From the NCBI GenBank assembly GCA_964543385.1, contig CAZIYE010000001.1:1-32000 (forward strand): DNA of 32,000 nucleotides. The letters run 5' to 3'. The notes beneath the pieces were generated by a model. The model was not told the DNA's origin. It did not search any database and saw only the letters and a program-made list of their open reading frames with translations. Positions 18,465 to 28,086 of the stretch are shown here, piece after piece. This stretch comes from an uncultured Candidatus Saccharibacteria bacterium. Its GTDB lineage: Bacteria; Patescibacteriota; UBA1384; XYA2-FULL-43-10; 1-14-0-10-43-13. The first letter of the stretch is position 1, and every line of letters starts with the position of its first letter. A program made the translations under genes and the position numbers.

Positions 18465-19028
18465 ATGAAATTCATTTTAGGCCAAAAATTAGGTATGTCA
18501 CGAGTCTTCGATGCAGAAGGCAAAAGTATTGCTGTTAATAAGATTAAAGCATTGCCTTGTTCTGTATCTGCTATAAAGACAGTAGAGAAAGATGGTTATA
18601 TAGCTGTCCAAATCAAAGCAGTCAAAATGGTAGGTGAAAAAGAACGTGAAGTAAAGACATGTGAATTCAAAGCACAGGGCGAATTCAAAAAAGGTGATAA
18701 AATTACACTTGAACAGTTTGAAGCTGGTGACAAAGTTACTGTAACAGGCACAAGCAAGGGTAAAGGCTTTGCCGGCACAATCAAGAGACATGGCTTCCAT
18801 AGAGGTCCTGAATCTCATGGTGGTAACAATGTACGTGAGCCAGGGTCAATTGGTGGTGGTTATCCTCAAAGAGTAGTCAAGGGTCGCAGAATGGCTGGAC
18901 ATATGGGTGACGAGACTATCACAGTGAAGAATCTTAAAGTTGTTGACGTTGATAAAGATATTATATTAATATCAGGTGCTATCCCTGGATCAAACAGAGC
19001 AGTTTTAAAAATATATACAGCAGCTTAA
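18465..19028 (+). CDS. rplC: 50S ribosomal protein L3
   Basis: KFILGQKLGMSRVFD; GFAGTIKRHGFHRGPESHGG; GGGYPQRVVKGRRMAGHMG. Confidence 0.98.
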   Translation: MKFILGQKLGMSRVFDAEGKSIAVNKIKALPCSVSAIKTVEKDGYIAVQIKAVKMVGEKEREVKTCEFKAQGEFKKGDKITLEQFEAGDKVTVTGTSKGKGFAGTIKRHGFHRGPESHGGNNVREPGSIGGGYPQRVVKGRRMAGHMGDETITVKNLKVVDVDKDIILISGAIPGSNRAVLKIYTAA

Positions 19029-19059
19029 GTCCATTACTAGAAATAAATAGACATTATAT

Positions 19060-19689
19060 ATGAAGATAGAAGTTTTAAATCAATCAGGCGAAAAAGTAAA
19101 AGATCTGCAGTTAAGCAACATTTTTGATGTTCAGCTTTCCCCTGAGGCATTATCTTTGTATGTAAATTATTTAAGAAATTCTTTACGCGGAGCAGTTGCA
19201 AACTCTAAAGACAGAAGTGAAGTCTCTGGTGGCGGCAAGAAACCTTATAAACAAAAAGGAACTGGTAGAGCTAGACAAGGTTCTTCACGTTCACCAATTT
19301 GGGTAGGTGGTGGTGTAACTTTCGGTCCAACCAACGATCGAAATTTTAGAACAAAGATAAACAAATCTCAAAAGAGAAATGTTATCATGGGAATTTTCGG
19401 TGAGGCATTCAGACAGAACAAAGCAGTTGTAATTGACAGTCTTGCTCTTAAATCACCAAAAACAAAGGAAGCTGTATCTATCTTAAATTCTGCTAAAGTA
19501 GAAGGAAAGATATCAGTTATTCTAAACGACAGCGATATAAACGCAGACATGTCCTTTAGAAATCTTGATGGCGTTAGCATGATGGTTTCTAGTAAACTGA
19601 ATGTTATCGACTTGATATCTGCCGATAAAATGGTTTTTTCCCTGGATTCATTGAATAAATTAGAAGAAATTTTTAGCAACAAAAAATAG
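19060..19689 (+). CDS. rplD: 50S ribosomal protein L4
   Basis: [39 protein letters not shown]. Confidence 0.98.
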   Translation: MKIEVLNQSGEKVKDLQLSNIFDVQLSPEALSLYVNYLRNSLRGAVANSKDRSEVSGGGKKPYKQKGTGRARQGSSRSPIWVGGGVTFGPTNDRNFRTKINKSQKRNVIMGIFGEAFRQNKAVVIDSLALKSPKTKEAVSILNSAKVEGKISVILNDSDINADMSFRNLDGVSMMVSSKLNVIDLISADKMVFSLDSLNKLEEIFSNKK

Positions 19690-19690
19690 T

Positions 19691-20065
19691 ATGGACACAA
19701 ATATTTTAAAAAGAGCATTGGTATCAGAAAAAAGCTTCAGTAAAGCAACAGAAGGTAAATTTACTTTTGTAGTAGATAAATCGGCTACAAAAGAAACTGT
19801 TGCACAATCTATTGAAGAGCTTTTTGGCGTCAATGTCCTTTCTGTTAATATTGCAAATATTATTGGTAAGGTAAAAAGATCAAAAAAAGGGCTCGGGAAG
19901 AGGTCTGATTATAAAAAAGCTATTGTTGCTTTGAAAAAAGGACAAAAGATTGATCTTTTTGAAATTGAGCAACCAGAAGAAAAAGAGAAAAACAAAAAGA
20001 AAGTCGAGAAGAAGGAAGAAGTATCTTCAGACACAACTGTAAAAGTAAGAGAAAAAAAGAAATAA
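19691..20065 (+). CDS. rplW: 50S ribosomal protein L23 with long charged C-terminal tail
   Basis: ILKRALVSEKSFSKATEGKFTFVVDKSATKETVAQSIEELFGVNVLSVNIANIIGKVKR; operon position. Confidence 0.96.
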   Translation: MDTNILKRALVSEKSFSKATEGKFTFVVDKSATKETVAQSIEELFGVNVLSVNIANIIGKVKRSKKGLGKRSDYKKAIVALKKGQKIDLFEIEQPEEKEKNKKKVEKKEEVSSDTTVKVREKKK

Positions 20066-20093
20066 TACTTAGTTTTAAATTTTATTGTATATT

Positions 20094-20924
20094 ATGCCAA
20101 CAAGAAGAGTAAAACCTACAACAAACGCCAGAAGAAAATTGTCTTATCAAATTTTCGACGTAGATAAAGTCGAATCAGAGAAGTCACTTACTTTTGGTGT
20201 TAAGCGTACATCTGGGCGTAATCATGCTGGTCAGCTTGTTGTTATGCACAAGGGTGGCGGAGTTAAGAGAAAATATCGTATTATCGATTTCTCAATGGCA
20301 AATTATATTGGCAAGACAGCAAAAGTTGAAAGTGTCCAATATGATCCAAACCGCTCAGCTAATATAGCATTGCTATCATTTGACGACGAGTCAAAAGTTT
20401 ATATCATTGCACCAGATGGTCTGAGAAAAGGCGCATCTGTTACTTGCGACGAAAAGGCAGCTCCAAAAGTTGGAAACAGAATGAAATTAAAGAACATTCC
20501 TCTTTCAACCCAAATTCATAACATCGAGCTCACTAATGGTAAGGGTGGTCAGATATGCAGAAGTGCTGGTACATTTGCAACTATGCTTGGCGTAGACGGT
20601 AAATATGCGCAGGTAAGACTAACCTCAGGTGAAGTTCGAAGAGTTTTATCTGAGAATTTTGCTTCTATTGGAATAGTCTCAAATATAGATCATTCAAAAG
20701 TTATTTTAGGTAAAGCCGGTCGAGTCCGACACATGGGTATCAAGCCAACAGTACTTGGTAAATCCAAGAACCCTGTTGACCATCCTCATGGTGGTGGTGA
20801 AGGTCATACTTCAATAGGTTTGAAGTATCCAAAAACTCCATGGGGCGCACCTGCATTGGGCCGAAGAACAAGAAACAAAAAGAAATCAGGTTCCAAATTA
20901 ATCTTGTCACGGAGAAAGAAATAA
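20094..20924 (+). CDS. rplB: 50S ribosomal protein L2
   Basis: [26 protein letters not shown]…[26 protein letters not shown]. The track start at 20085 is TTG; ATG at 20094 gives [10 protein letters not shown]. Confidence 0.98.
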   Translation: MPTRRVKPTTNARRKLSYQIFDVDKVESEKSLTFGVKRTSGRNHAGQLVVMHKGGGVKRKYRIIDFSMANYIGKTAKVESVQYDPNRSANIALLSFDDESKVYIIAPDGLRKGASVTCDEKAAPKVGNRMKLKNIPLSTQIHNIELTNGKGGQICRSAGTFATMLGVDGKYAQVRLTSGEVRRVLSENFASIGIVSNIDHSKVILGKAGRVRHMGIKPTVLGKSKNPVDHPHGGGEGHTSIGLKYPKTPWGAPALGRRTRNKKKSGSKLILSRRKK

Positions 20925-21214
20925 TGTCACGATCACTTAAAAAAGGACCTTTTGTAGACGAAAAGCTCTTAATAAAGATCCAAAAAGCAGAAAAATCTGG
21001 CGATAAAAAACCAATCAGGACTTGGGCGCGATGCTCAACAGTTATTCCTGAAATGGTTGGCATGACTTTTGCTGTGCATAATGGCAAAGATCACATTCCC
21101 GTCTTTATCGTTGAGGAAATGGTCGGACATAAGCTTGGTGAGTTTGCTCCAACAAGAAAATTCAGAAGTCACGGTGGTAAAATGGCCAAAGAGCAAGCCA
21201 AGACCGGTAAATAA
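20924..21214 (+). CDS. rpsS: 30S ribosomal protein S19
   Basis: [16 protein letters not shown]…[17 protein letters not shown]; ATG at 20924 overlaps the rplB stop by 1 nt. Confidence 0.98.
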   Translation: MSRSLKKGPFVDEKLLIKIQKAEKSGDKKPIRTWARCSTVIPEMVGMTFAVHNGKDHIPVFIVEEMVGHKLGEFAPTRKFRSHGGKMAKEQAKTGK

Positions 21215-21234
21215 TAGTTTATAGAGAGAACAAA

Positions 21235-21624
21235 ATGGAATTCAAAGTAAAAAGTTTATATTTGAAAATTTCCCCTCGTAAGATGAGACCTGTTTTGCAT
21301 GGTCTTCGAGATATGACTGCTCTTGAGGCAAAAAATGCCCTGGCCTTCACTAACAGAAAAGCTGCTGGATTTTTGTATGGTCTAGTTAGATCGGGAATTG
21401 CTGTTGCTAAAGAGAATTACTTTGAAGCCGCCGATGTTAAAGTAAAGAGCATATTTTGTGATGAGGGTCCTAGATTAAAGAGAATCCAACCTTGGTCAAA
21501 GGGTCAAGCTCGAAGAATTACAAAACGTATGTGTCATGTTACTTTAGTATTGGAAGGGCAAGACAAGCCAAAAGAAGCAAAGAATAACGACCAAGATATT
21601 AAAAAGAGCGAGGAAAAGAAATAA
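21235..21624 (+). CDS. rplV: 50S ribosomal protein L22
   Basis: VKSLYLKISPRKMRPVLHGLRDMTALEAKNAL…GPRLKRIQPWSKGQARRITKRMCHVTLVL. Confidence 0.97.
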   Translation: MEFKVKSLYLKISPRKMRPVLHGLRDMTALEAKNALAFTNRKAAGFLYGLVRSGIAVAKENYFEAADVKVKSIFCDEGPRLKRIQPWSKGQARRITKRMCHVTLVLEGQDKPKEAKNNDQDIKKSEEKK

Positions 21625-22271
21625 TGGGACAAAAAGTTAACCCAAAATCTATTCGCCTAAAGATTAATGAACTATGGCAATCAAAATGGTACAGCAAACA
21701 GTCTTACAGAGACAACCTTATTGCTGACCTCAGGATTAGACGATCTTTAGAAAAGAAGCTCAAAGAGGCTGCAATTTCTAAAATTACTATCAACCGCGAT
21801 TCCAATAAAGTCACAATCGATATTCACACAGGTCGCCCTGGTATCGTTATCGGACGAGGAGGCGCTGGAGCTGAAGAATTGAAGAAGTTTCTTACAACAT
21901 TTGTTACTGATAAAATCCAGATTAATATAATCGAGGTCAAAAAGCCCGATATGGACGCTGCTGTTGTTGCTCAAGCAGTCGCTTCTCAGATTGAGAAACG
22001 CGTTCCTTTTAAGAGAGCGATGAAACAGGCAATTGATAAAGCCAAGACTGCAGGAGCAAAGGGTATTAAAATCCAAGTAGCAGGCCGTTTAAACGGAGCA
22101 GAAATTGCCAGAGATGAGAAACTAAGTTTTGGTACTGTGCCCCTTTCAACTTTCAAAAGTGATATAGATTATAAATATCTTACAGCCTTGACTACCTATG
22201 GTATTATCGGCGTAAAAGTTTGGATATACAAAGGCGAGAGACTTCTTGCAGAAGAAGACTTTGCAAAATAA
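21624..22271 (+). CDS. rpsC: 30S ribosomal protein S3
   Basis: MGQKVNPKSIRLKINELWQSKWY; IDIHTGRPGIVIGRGG; IIGVKVWIYKGE. Confidence 0.98.
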   Translation: MGQKVNPKSIRLKINELWQSKWYSKQSYRDNLIADLRIRRSLEKKLKEAAISKITINRDSNKVTIDIHTGRPGIVIGRGGAGAEELKKFLTTFVTDKIQINIIEVKKPDMDAAVVAQAVASQIEKRVPFKRAMKQAIDKAKTAGAKGIKIQVAGRLNGAEIARDEKLSFGTVPLSTFKSDIDYKYLTALTTYGIIGVKVWIYKGERLLAEEDFAK

Positions 22272-22308
22272 GAATTTAAAATACGAATAAAGAAAATAGG
22301 AAATACAT

Positions 22309-22722
22309 ATGTTAATGCCAAAGAAAATGAAATATCGAAAACAGCAAAGAGGTCGAATGACCGGTATTGCTAGTCGTGGAAATGATTTTGCTTTCGGCAA
22401 ATATGCTATTAAAGCCCTTGAACCAGGTTGGATATCCGCCCGCTCCATAGAATCTGCACGACGTGCCATGACTAGATATTGTAAAAAGGGTGGTCAAATC
22501 TGGATCAGAATTTTCCCAGATAAACCAGTAACGATGACTTCCCCCGAAGTTCCAATGGGATCAGGTAAGGGTGCTGTTGATCACTTTATTGCAGTTATAA
22601 AACCAGGAAGAATCCTCTTTGAGATGGATGGCGTTGAACATTCCATAGCTAAAGAGGCAATGAGACTTGCTATGTATAAACTTCCTATTAAAACAAAGTT
22701 CATCAGCAAGGAAGAGGAATAA
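22309..22722 (+). CDS. rplP: 50S ribosomal protein L16
   Basis: [19 protein letters not shown]…[40 protein letters not shown]. Confidence 0.98.
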   Translation: MLMPKKMKYRKQQRGRMTGIASRGNDFAFGKYAIKALEPGWISARSIESARRAMTRYCKKGGQIWIRIFPDKPVTMTSPEVPMGSGKGAVDHFIAVIKPGRILFEMDGVEHSIAKEAMRLAMYKLPIKTKFISKEEE

Positions 22723-22723
22723 A

Positions 22724-22930
22724 ATGAAGATTACTGAAGAAATAAAAAATTTAAGAAGTCTTGACATCGAAAAGCTTGAAAAAGAGCTTTATGAAACAGA
22801 GAAGAAGCTTCTGGAAGAGAATCTTAAAGTTAAAGCAGGTAAACTGGACAACTATTCTCTGATATCAAAGAGCAAGAAAAAAGTTGCTCGAATCAGTACA
22901 ATAATTAATGAAAAAATGGGGAATGAATAA
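22724..22930 (+). CDS. rpmC: 50S ribosomal protein L29
   Basis: [64 protein letters not shown]; real ATG at 22724, not the track start 22667. Confidence 0.92.
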   Translation: MKITEEIKNLRSLDIEKLEKELYETEKKLLEENLKVKAGKLDNYSLISKSKKKVARISTIINEKMGNE

Positions 22931-23175
22931 TGACTAAAGAGTCAATAAAAGTTAAAAAAGGTGTCGTTGTTTCAGACAAGATGGATAAAACCGTCGTTGT
23001 TAAGATTGACAGAGTCAAAACCCACCCTATTTATAAGAAGAAATTTGTCATGAGTCAAAAATTCAAAGCTCATGATGAAAAAAATGAATACAAAGCTGGA
23101 AATATAGTTGAAATCACTGAAACAAGACCAATTTCCGGTGACAAGAAATTTAAAGTTGTAAGGAAGGTTGTCTAA
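22930..23175 (+). CDS. rpsQ: 30S ribosomal protein S17
   Basis: [30 protein letters not shown]…[26 protein letters not shown]. Confidence 0.97.
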   Translation: MTKESIKVKKGVVVSDKMDKTVVVKIDRVKTHPIYKKKFVMSQKFKAHDEKNEYKAGNIVEITETRPISGDKKFKVVRKVV

Positions 23176-23543
23176 TGATACAGCCAGGAACAAGATTAAA
23201 AGTTGCAGACAATACTGGTGCAAAAGAGATAGAGTGTATAACAGTTTTGGGACGCGCGAATAGATGCGGTGCCAAAGTTGGAGACATTATCTCTGCTTCT
23301 GTTAAAGACGCTATTCCACGTGGAAATGTCAAAAGAAAAGAAGTTGTCAAAGCAGTTATTGTAAGAACAATAAAAGCAGTATCAAGGGAAGACGGTTCTT
23401 ATATCAGCTTTAGTGAAAATGCTGCCGTTATTATTAACGCAGACAACAAAGAACCTAGGGGAACACGTATATTTGGCCCAATACCTCGTGAATTAAGAGC
23501 CGGGTATATGAAGATCATCTCACTAGCACCAGAAGTACTTTAG
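23175..23543 (+). CDS. rplN: 50S ribosomal protein L14
   Basis: [26 protein letters not shown]…[14 protein letters not shown]. Confidence 0.98.
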   Translation: MIQPGTRLKVADNTGAKEIECITVLGRANRCGAKVGDIISASVKDAIPRGNVKRKEVVKAVIVRTIKAVSREDGSYISFSENAAVIINADNKEPRGTRIFGPIPRELRAGYMKIISLAPEVL

Positions 23544-23581
23544 TCAATTAAATTAGAAATATATAAAGTTAAAGCCGAAAT

Positions 23582-23902
23582 ATGAAAATAAAGAAAAACG
23601 ACAACGTAGCAATCATCACAGGAAAAGACAAAGGTAAGTCTGGTATTGTTGAACGTGTATTTCCAAAAGAAGACAAGCTTGTTGTCAAAGGAATCGCAAT
23701 CGCGAAAAAGCATATCAAACCATCCAAAAAGGCACCACAGGGCGGTATCATTGAAATCAATCAAAAAATTGATGTATCAAATGTAATGATGGTGTGTCCC
23801 GCTTGCGGCAAACTATCAAAAATAGCCTATAAAATCGGCGAAAAAGGTAAGACAAGAATTTGTAAGAAATGTAATCAAAGCCTAGAAGGTGGGAATCAAT
23901 AA
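23582..23902 (+). CDS. rplX: 50S ribosomal protein L24
   Basis: IKKNDNVAIITGKDKGKSGIVERVFPKEDKLVVKGI…KRICKKCNQSLEG-type zinc segment (VCPACGK…TRICKKCNQ). Confidence 0.96.
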   Translation: MKIKKNDNVAIITGKDKGKSGIVERVFPKEDKLVVKGIAIAKKHIKPSKKAPQGGIIEINQKIDVSNVMMVCPACGKLSKIAYKIGEKGKTRICKKCNQSLEGGNQ

Positions 23903-24450
23903 TGGATAAGCTCTTAAAACAATTTAAAGAAAATATCATTAAAGATATCAAATCCACTCTGAAGAAGGAGAACGTGTTCGAAGTCCCTCAGATAGAGAAA
24001 GTCATTGTATCAACAGGTACAGGTGATTTTAAGGACGATAAAAATGCAATAGAGAAGATCGCCAAAGAAATGGCAAAAATCACCGGTCAAAAAGCTAACG
24101 TTAACCTTTCGAAGAAAGCTGTTTCTGCTTTTAAGCTCAGAATCGGCCAACCTGTAGGATTAACTGTCACTCTTCGAGGAGAAAGAATGTATGACTTTGT
24201 TAACCGTTTGGTCAACATAGCACTGCCACGAGTAAGAGATTTTCGTGGATTGAAACTTACTTCCTTTGACAATCAGGGCAATTATTCAATTGGCTTGAGA
24301 GACTATTCGATCTTCCCTGAGATTAAATACGAAGATATTACAGTTAATTTCGGTTTAGAAATTTGTATCAAAACTACCGCCAATAACAAAGAAGATGCAA
24401 GAGTTCTACTTGAAAAGCTTGGATTCCCATTTGAAAAGGGAATTAAATAA
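23902..24450 (+). CDS. rplE: 50S ribosomal protein L5
   Basis: [57 protein letters not shown]. Confidence 0.98.
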   Translation: MDKLLKQFKENIIKDIKSTLKKENVFEVPQIEKVIVSTGTGDFKDDKNAIEKIAKEMAKITGQKANVNLSKKAVSAFKLRIGQPVGLTVTLRGERMYDFVNRLVNIALPRVRDFRGLKLTSFDNQGNYSIGLRDYSIFPEIKYEDITVNFGLEICIKTTANNKEDARVLLEKLGFPFEKGIK

Positions 24451-24458
24451 GGAGAGAT

Positions 24459-24644
24459 ATGGCAAAAACATCAATGATTGTAAAAGCGAATAGAAAACCA
24501 AAATATTCAACACGTGTTATCAGACGCTGTAAGCTCTGTGGTCGAAAGCATGCTTATATCAGGAAGTTTGGTATGTGTAGAATTTGCTTCAGGGAACTCG
24601 CCTCAAGGGGTGAAATTCCAGGAGTAGTTAAATCAAGCTGGTAA
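24459..24644 (+). CDS. rpsN: 30S ribosomal protein S14, zinc-binding type
   Basis: 61 aa; [38 protein letters not shown]. Confidence 0.97.
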   Translation: MAKTSMIVKANRKPKYSTRVIRRCKLCGRKHAYIRKFGMCRICFRELASRGEIPGVVKSSW

Positions 24645-24666
24645 TTTTTAAGAATCAAGGCATACA

Positions 24667-25044
24667 ATGGATCAAATAGCAGACTTACTAACTAGAATCA
24701 AAAATACTTCAATGGCTGGGAAATATGAGATTAACATCTCTCACTCTAAGGTCAAAGAGGCTATTTTGGACATTCTTAAAAACGAAGGCTTTATTACTTC
24801 AGTGGAGTTTTCCGAAGTTGAGGGCAAGAAATTAATTAAAGCCGTAATTTCTCAGTCAAAAACTCCTTCTCACTTAAAGCAGTTGAGCAAGCCAGGTAGA
24901 AGAGTTTATGCAAAAAATAAAGAGATTCCTGTTCCACTTAGAGGACTCGGTACAGTTATAATTTCTACATCTGTAGGAATAGTGACTGGAAAAATTGCCA
25001 GAAAAAGTGGCTTGGGTGGGGAATTAATTTGTGAAATCTGGTAA
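24667..25044 (+). CDS. rpsH: 30S ribosomal protein S8
   Basis: MDQIADLLTRIKN…VPVPLRGLGTVIISTSVG-type C-terminal motif. Confidence 0.97.
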   Translation: MDQIADLLTRIKNTSMAGKYEINISHSKVKEAILDILKNEGFITSVEFSEVEGKKLIKAVISQSKTPSHLKQLSKPGRRVYAKNKEIPVPLRGLGTVIISTSVGIVTGKIARKSGLGGELICEIW

Positions 25045-25070
25045 ACAAACAATAAGCGAATAAGGCAAAT

Positions 25071-25610
25071 ATGAGTAAAATAGGCAAAAGACCAATTAAA
25101 ATTTCAGAAGGCACAGTCATAAATCTCGAAGATGGCAAGATTTTAGTATCTTCCGGTGAGAAGAAACTTGAGATGGAGATTCCAAGAGAAACCACCGTCA
25201 AAATTGAGGACGGAAATGTTGTTGTTTCGAGGATTAATGATACTAAGCCAGCCAAAGAAAAACATGGACTAGTCGCTCGTCTTATTGGCAATATGATAAC
25301 TGGTGTTTCAACCGGATTCACTAAAGAGCTCACCTTTACTGGTACAGGCTATAGAGCCGCAGTACAAGGTAGCGAATTGTTATTAAATATGGGATATTCT
25401 CACGAAATCAAGCTTCCAGTACCAGAAGGATTAGAGGTTAAGGTTGTAAAAAACTCCATTCTAATTTCTGGCATAGATAAAGCCAAGATAGGACAATTTG
25501 CCGCTGTTGTCCGTGAAGTTCGTCCCCCAGAGGTTTACAAAGGCAAAGGCATTAAATATAAAGAAGAGCACATCAGACGTAAAGCTGGTAAAACTGCTGC
25601 TTCTAAATAG
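25071..25610 (+). CDS. rplF: 50S ribosomal protein L6
   Basis: MSKIGKRPIKI…VTGVSTGFTKELTFTGTGYRAAVQG…VVREVRPPEVYKGKGIKYKEEHIRRKAGKTA. Confidence 0.97.
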   Translation: MSKIGKRPIKISEGTVINLEDGKILVSSGEKKLEMEIPRETTVKIEDGNVVVSRINDTKPAKEKHGLVARLIGNMITGVSTGFTKELTFTGTGYRAAVQGSELLLNMGYSHEIKLPVPEGLEVKVVKNSILISGIDKAKIGQFAAVVREVRPPEVYKGKGIKYKEEHIRRKAGKTAASK

Positions 25611-25624
25611 ATTAGGATTATATA

Positions 25625-25933
25625 ATGGCAAAAACAGAAAAAATTTATGGAACAGGCAAGAAACCACGAGTTTCTGTATTTCGTTCAAATAAATATATTA
25701 GCGCTCAAGTCATAGATGATGAAACAGGTGTAACAATTTTGTCGAAGAGTTCAAAAGAGGTCGACGTTAAAGGTACAACTATTGAGAAGTCCTTCAAAAC
25801 AGGTGAATTATTGGGTGAGGCTGTAAAAGCCAAAAAAATAGTGGAAATTGTTTTTGATAGAGGTGTCTACCGTTATCATGGCCAGGTAAAGTCATTTGCC
25901 GATGGAATAAGAAAAGCTGGCATTAAGTTTTAA
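25625..25933 (+). CDS. rplR: 50S ribosomal protein L18
   Basis: KKPRVSVFRSNKYISAQVIDDETGVTI…VFDRGVYRYHGQVKSFADGIRKAGIKF. Confidence 0.95.
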   Translation: MAKTEKIYGTGKKPRVSVFRSNKYISAQVIDDETGVTILSKSSKEVDVKGTTIEKSFKTGELLGEAVKAKKIVEIVFDRGVYRYHGQVKSFADGIRKAGIKF

Positions 25934-25944
25934 TAAGGAAAAAA

Positions 25945-26646
25945 ATGTCTGACAAACCAGAAGAAAAAGTAGAGAATAAATCAGAGAGACCAGTAAAAAA
26001 TATCATGAGAAAAAGGTTTCACGATGATAAGAGAGAAGCGCCAGAGTTTGAAGAGCGCGTTATTGAAGTTCGCCGTGTAGCCAGAACTGTTAAAGGTGGA
26101 CGACGTATCAGATTTAGAGCTCTAGTTGTAATTGGTAATAGAAAAGGCAAGATCGGAATGGGCCTTGGCAAATCCAATGATGTTTCTGAGGCTGTAAGAA
26201 AAGCTGTTACTCAAGCCAAGAAGAATCTAGTGATAGTTCCAATCATCAACGGCACGATTCCTTATGAAGTTACATCAAAACATGGTTCAGCTGTAGTTAT
26301 GCTAAAACCTGCTACTAGTGGTACATCTATTGTGGCTGGTGGTAGTGTTCGCGCAGTAGCTGATCTTGCAGGTATTACAGACATTCTTTCTAAAATGCTC
26401 GGAAGCGCAAGCAAAGTAAACAATATCATTGCTACCATGAAGGCACTTTCAACTTTCAATGTTGCGTATACTGAAAAGATCAGAGAGTTTGCAGAGAATC
26501 AAAAAGATAGAGTAGTACAAGCACAAGCAGTAGCAACTTTAGCAACTGAAGCGGTTGAAGTTCCTAAAACTGTTGTTGCAGAAAAGACTGAAAAGAAACC
26601 AAAAACAGATGTTAAAAAAGCTGCCAAGAAAAGCATGAAAAAATAG
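25945..26646 (+). CDS. rpsE: 30S ribosomal protein S5 with N- and C-terminal extensions
   Basis: EERVIEVRRVARTVKGGRRIRFRALVVIGNRKGKIGMGLGKSNDVSEAVRKA; GSVRAVADLAGITDILSKMLGS. Confidence 0.98.
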   Translation: MSDKPEEKVENKSERPVKNIMRKRFHDDKREAPEFEERVIEVRRVARTVKGGRRIRFRALVVIGNRKGKIGMGLGKSNDVSEAVRKAVTQAKKNLVIVPIINGTIPYEVTSKHGSAVVMLKPATSGTSIVAGGSVRAVADLAGITDILSKMLGSASKVNNIIATMKALSTFNVAYTEKIREFAENQKDRVVQAQAVATLATEAVEVPKTVVAEKTEKKPKTDVKKAAKKSMKK

Positions 26647-26664
26647 CGCAATAAGGAAAAACAC

Positions 26665-27153
26665 ATGGAATTAGTATCAATAAAATCTAAAACTAAAAAG
26701 CGAATTGGCAGAGGACTGTCTGCTGGCCAAGGTAAAACTGCTGGCCGCGGCACCAAGGGACAAAAATCACGAAGTGGTTATAATTTGCCAAGAAAATTTG
26801 AAGGTGGCCAAACACCACTGTCAATGAGGTTGGCAAAGCTTCCAGGATTTAAGTCAATCCACAAAAAAGCTGAGGTTATATCCCTTGATCAAATTACAGC
26901 TAATTACAAAGACGGTGAAATAGTATCTCTAAAGACACTATCAGAGAAAAATCTTATTCAGGCTAAGGTCAGAAAAGTCAAAGTTTTGAATAATGGTGAG
27001 CTTTCAGTCGCTGTTACTTTTGATGACGTAAAAGTCTCAAAAGCTGTTACCGAAGCTGCCAAAGCGGTTAAACCAGAAAAAGTAGCTGCCGCAGATAAAA
27101 CAGAATTGCCAAAAGCAAAAGTTGCCAAAAGCAAACCAGAAACAAAAAAATAG
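26665..27153 (+). CDS. rplO: 50S ribosomal protein L15
   Basis: [28 protein letters not shown]…[20 protein letters not shown]. Confidence 0.97.
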   Translation: MELVSIKSKTKKRIGRGLSAGQGKTAGRGTKGQKSRSGYNLPRKFEGGQTPLSMRLAKLPGFKSIHKKAEVISLDQITANYKDGEIVSLKTLSEKNLIQAKVRKVKVLNNGELSVAVTFDDVKVSKAVTEAAKAVKPEKVAAADKTELPKAKVAKSKPETKK

Positions 27154-27174
27154 TTGTGCTCAATTGTATATACT

Positions 27175-27204
27175 GTAAAAACACCCAGATCTGGGTGTTT
27201 TTAC
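27175..27204. terminator. Rho-independent terminator after rplO (palindromic, bidirectional-capable)
   Basis: GTAAAAACACCCAGATCTGGGTGTTTTTAC, perfect 30-nt palindrome with T5 tail. Confidence 0.9.
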
Positions 27205-27282
27205 GTTTAGAGACAAATTTGACCAATGTTCAAGTTTTGTCGATTTTCATGTACAATATAAGTGTAAGTAATAAAGGAAAAG

Positions 27283-28020
27283 ATGTCTTTTAAATTTTTC
27301 ATGAAAAGACCAAATAATGAGACAAAAGATAAGCCAATTGTAAAAGCAGAGGCATCAGATGCAAATAATGTCCAACGAGCCCAAGATACAAAGAATAATC
27401 AAGTTTATGCCTTTATTGATGCCTCGAACCTTTTTTGGGGAGGAAAAGAAAGTATTGGTTTTCGCATCGACTACAAAAAATTGTTGAATTATTTAAAAGA
27501 AAGTCATAGTGTAACGAAGGCTTTTTACTATGGTGGTCTTCGAATATTCGATTTTGAGTTTTCCGTATTAGACAACAAAGATCTAAATCTATCCCTGGTA
27601 GAGGAATATTTGCAGAAAATTGAAGCGGATGCAGAGGAAAAAGAGCGTATTCTTATACAGAAATCCCTAAATAAAGTAAATTTTTATAAACTTTTGGAAT
27701 CCTATGGCTATATTATGAAGATAAAACCAGCTAAGGTATTTTATAGTGATGATGACGAGGATCAAGATGCCCCCATCCTAAAAGCGAACTGCGATGTTGA
27801 TATGACCTTTGACATGATGAGGTATATGCAGCAATACTCAGGCGTAGTTGCAATGACCGGGGACGGCGACTTTGCTTCAGTATTAAACTATCTAAAAGCA
27901 CATGACAGGGGTATGACGGTGGTCTCTCGATGGGATCGTACAGCCTCTGAGATTAGAAAAATCGCAGGAGATGATTTCGTTGACTTTGAGAAACTACGAG
28001 GACAAATATACCTTCGCTAG
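27283..28020 (+). CDS. NYN (PIN-like) domain protein, putative RNase
   Basis: FIDASNLFWGG; YYGGLRIF; KANCDVDMTFDMMRYMQQYSGVVAMTGDGDFASVLNYLKAHDRGMTVVS, matching the acidic-residue pattern of the NYN/LabA (DUF88) family. Confidence 0.88.
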   Translation: MSFKFFMKRPNNETKDKPIVKAEASDANNVQRAQDTKNNQVYAFIDASNLFWGGKESIGFRIDYKKLLNYLKESHSVTKAFYYGGLRIFDFEFSVLDNKDLNLSLVEEYLQKIEADAEEKERILIQKSLNKVNFYKLLESYGYIMKIKPAKVFYSDDDEDQDAPILKANCDVDMTFDMMRYMQQYSGVVAMTGDGDFASVLNYLKAHDRGMTVVSRWDRTASEIRKIAGDDFVDFEKLRGQIYLR

Positions 28021-28050
28021 CCTAAACTATAATTTAGCTAAATTTTCACG

Positions 28051-28079
28051 TTGATTTATTCAACAAATTAAGCTATATT
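28051..28079 (+). promoter_or_regulatory. Possible promoter for secY operon
   Basis: TTGATT (28051-28056), 17 nt, TATATT (28074-28079). Confidence 0.5.
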
Positions 28080-28086
28080 TCAATAT

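Noticed and set aside
20840-20923. N-terminal extension on rpsS in the ORF track
   Set aside because: ATG at 20924 gives the canonical [10 protein letters not shown] start; the extension lies inside rplB.
22667-22723. N-terminal extension on rpmC in the ORF track
   Set aside because: It overlaps rplP; the internal ATG at 22724 gives a standard L29 start.
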